Assembly: GCF_001194135.2 (NCBI RefSeq)
Contig: NC_068996.1
Location: 24,374,930 to 24,407,994, forward strand
Direction: 5' to 3'
DNA from: Octopus bimaculoides
Lineage: Eukaryota
DNA: 33,065 nucleotides
The stretch's first letter is position 1; every line of letters starts with the position of its first letter. The notes under the pieces were generated by a model. The model was given only the letters and a program-made list of their open reading frames with translations. It was not told the DNA's origin and searched no databases. The position numbers and the translations under genes are program-made. This document shows positions 33,041 to 33,065 of the stretch, one piece after another.

Positions 33041-33065
33041 ATAAAACATATATATATATATATTT

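Overview
AT-rich, microsatellite-dense animal non-coding DNA from a gapped draft assembly (five N gaps). It is most likely a coleoid cephalopod such as Octopus, inferred from the SINE and RTE families present; this was not verified by search. No intact host gene, tRNA, rRNA or CRISPR array is supported, and almost all listed ORFs are microsatellite, gap or decayed-transposon artefacts. The window is a layered transposon graveyard. It holds two Ty3/Gypsy-type LTR families, two restriction-like-endonuclease LINEs (HERO-like and R4/Dong-like), two RTE families, a Penelope-like element, mariner remnants, a DD41D Tc1/mariner derivative, a non-autonomous Helitron, MITEs and at least three tRNA-derived SINE families. 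The most notable observations are five. (1) A near-complete type I hammerhead ribozyme fold lies downstream of the Penelope GIY-YIG domain (30436-30509, minus), with two more decayed hammerhead-like motifs elsewhere. (2) A DD41D transposon is built from two inverted right ends and also carries a ~90 bp piece of its host retrotransposon's integrase. (3) A SINE family has an internal (TA)n/(TG)n microsatellite that received a Helitron in one copy and an RTE in another. (4) Two SINE insertions have 19-bp target-site duplications. (5) Several pre-miRNA-sized hairpins are present. All alignments and folds were done by eye.
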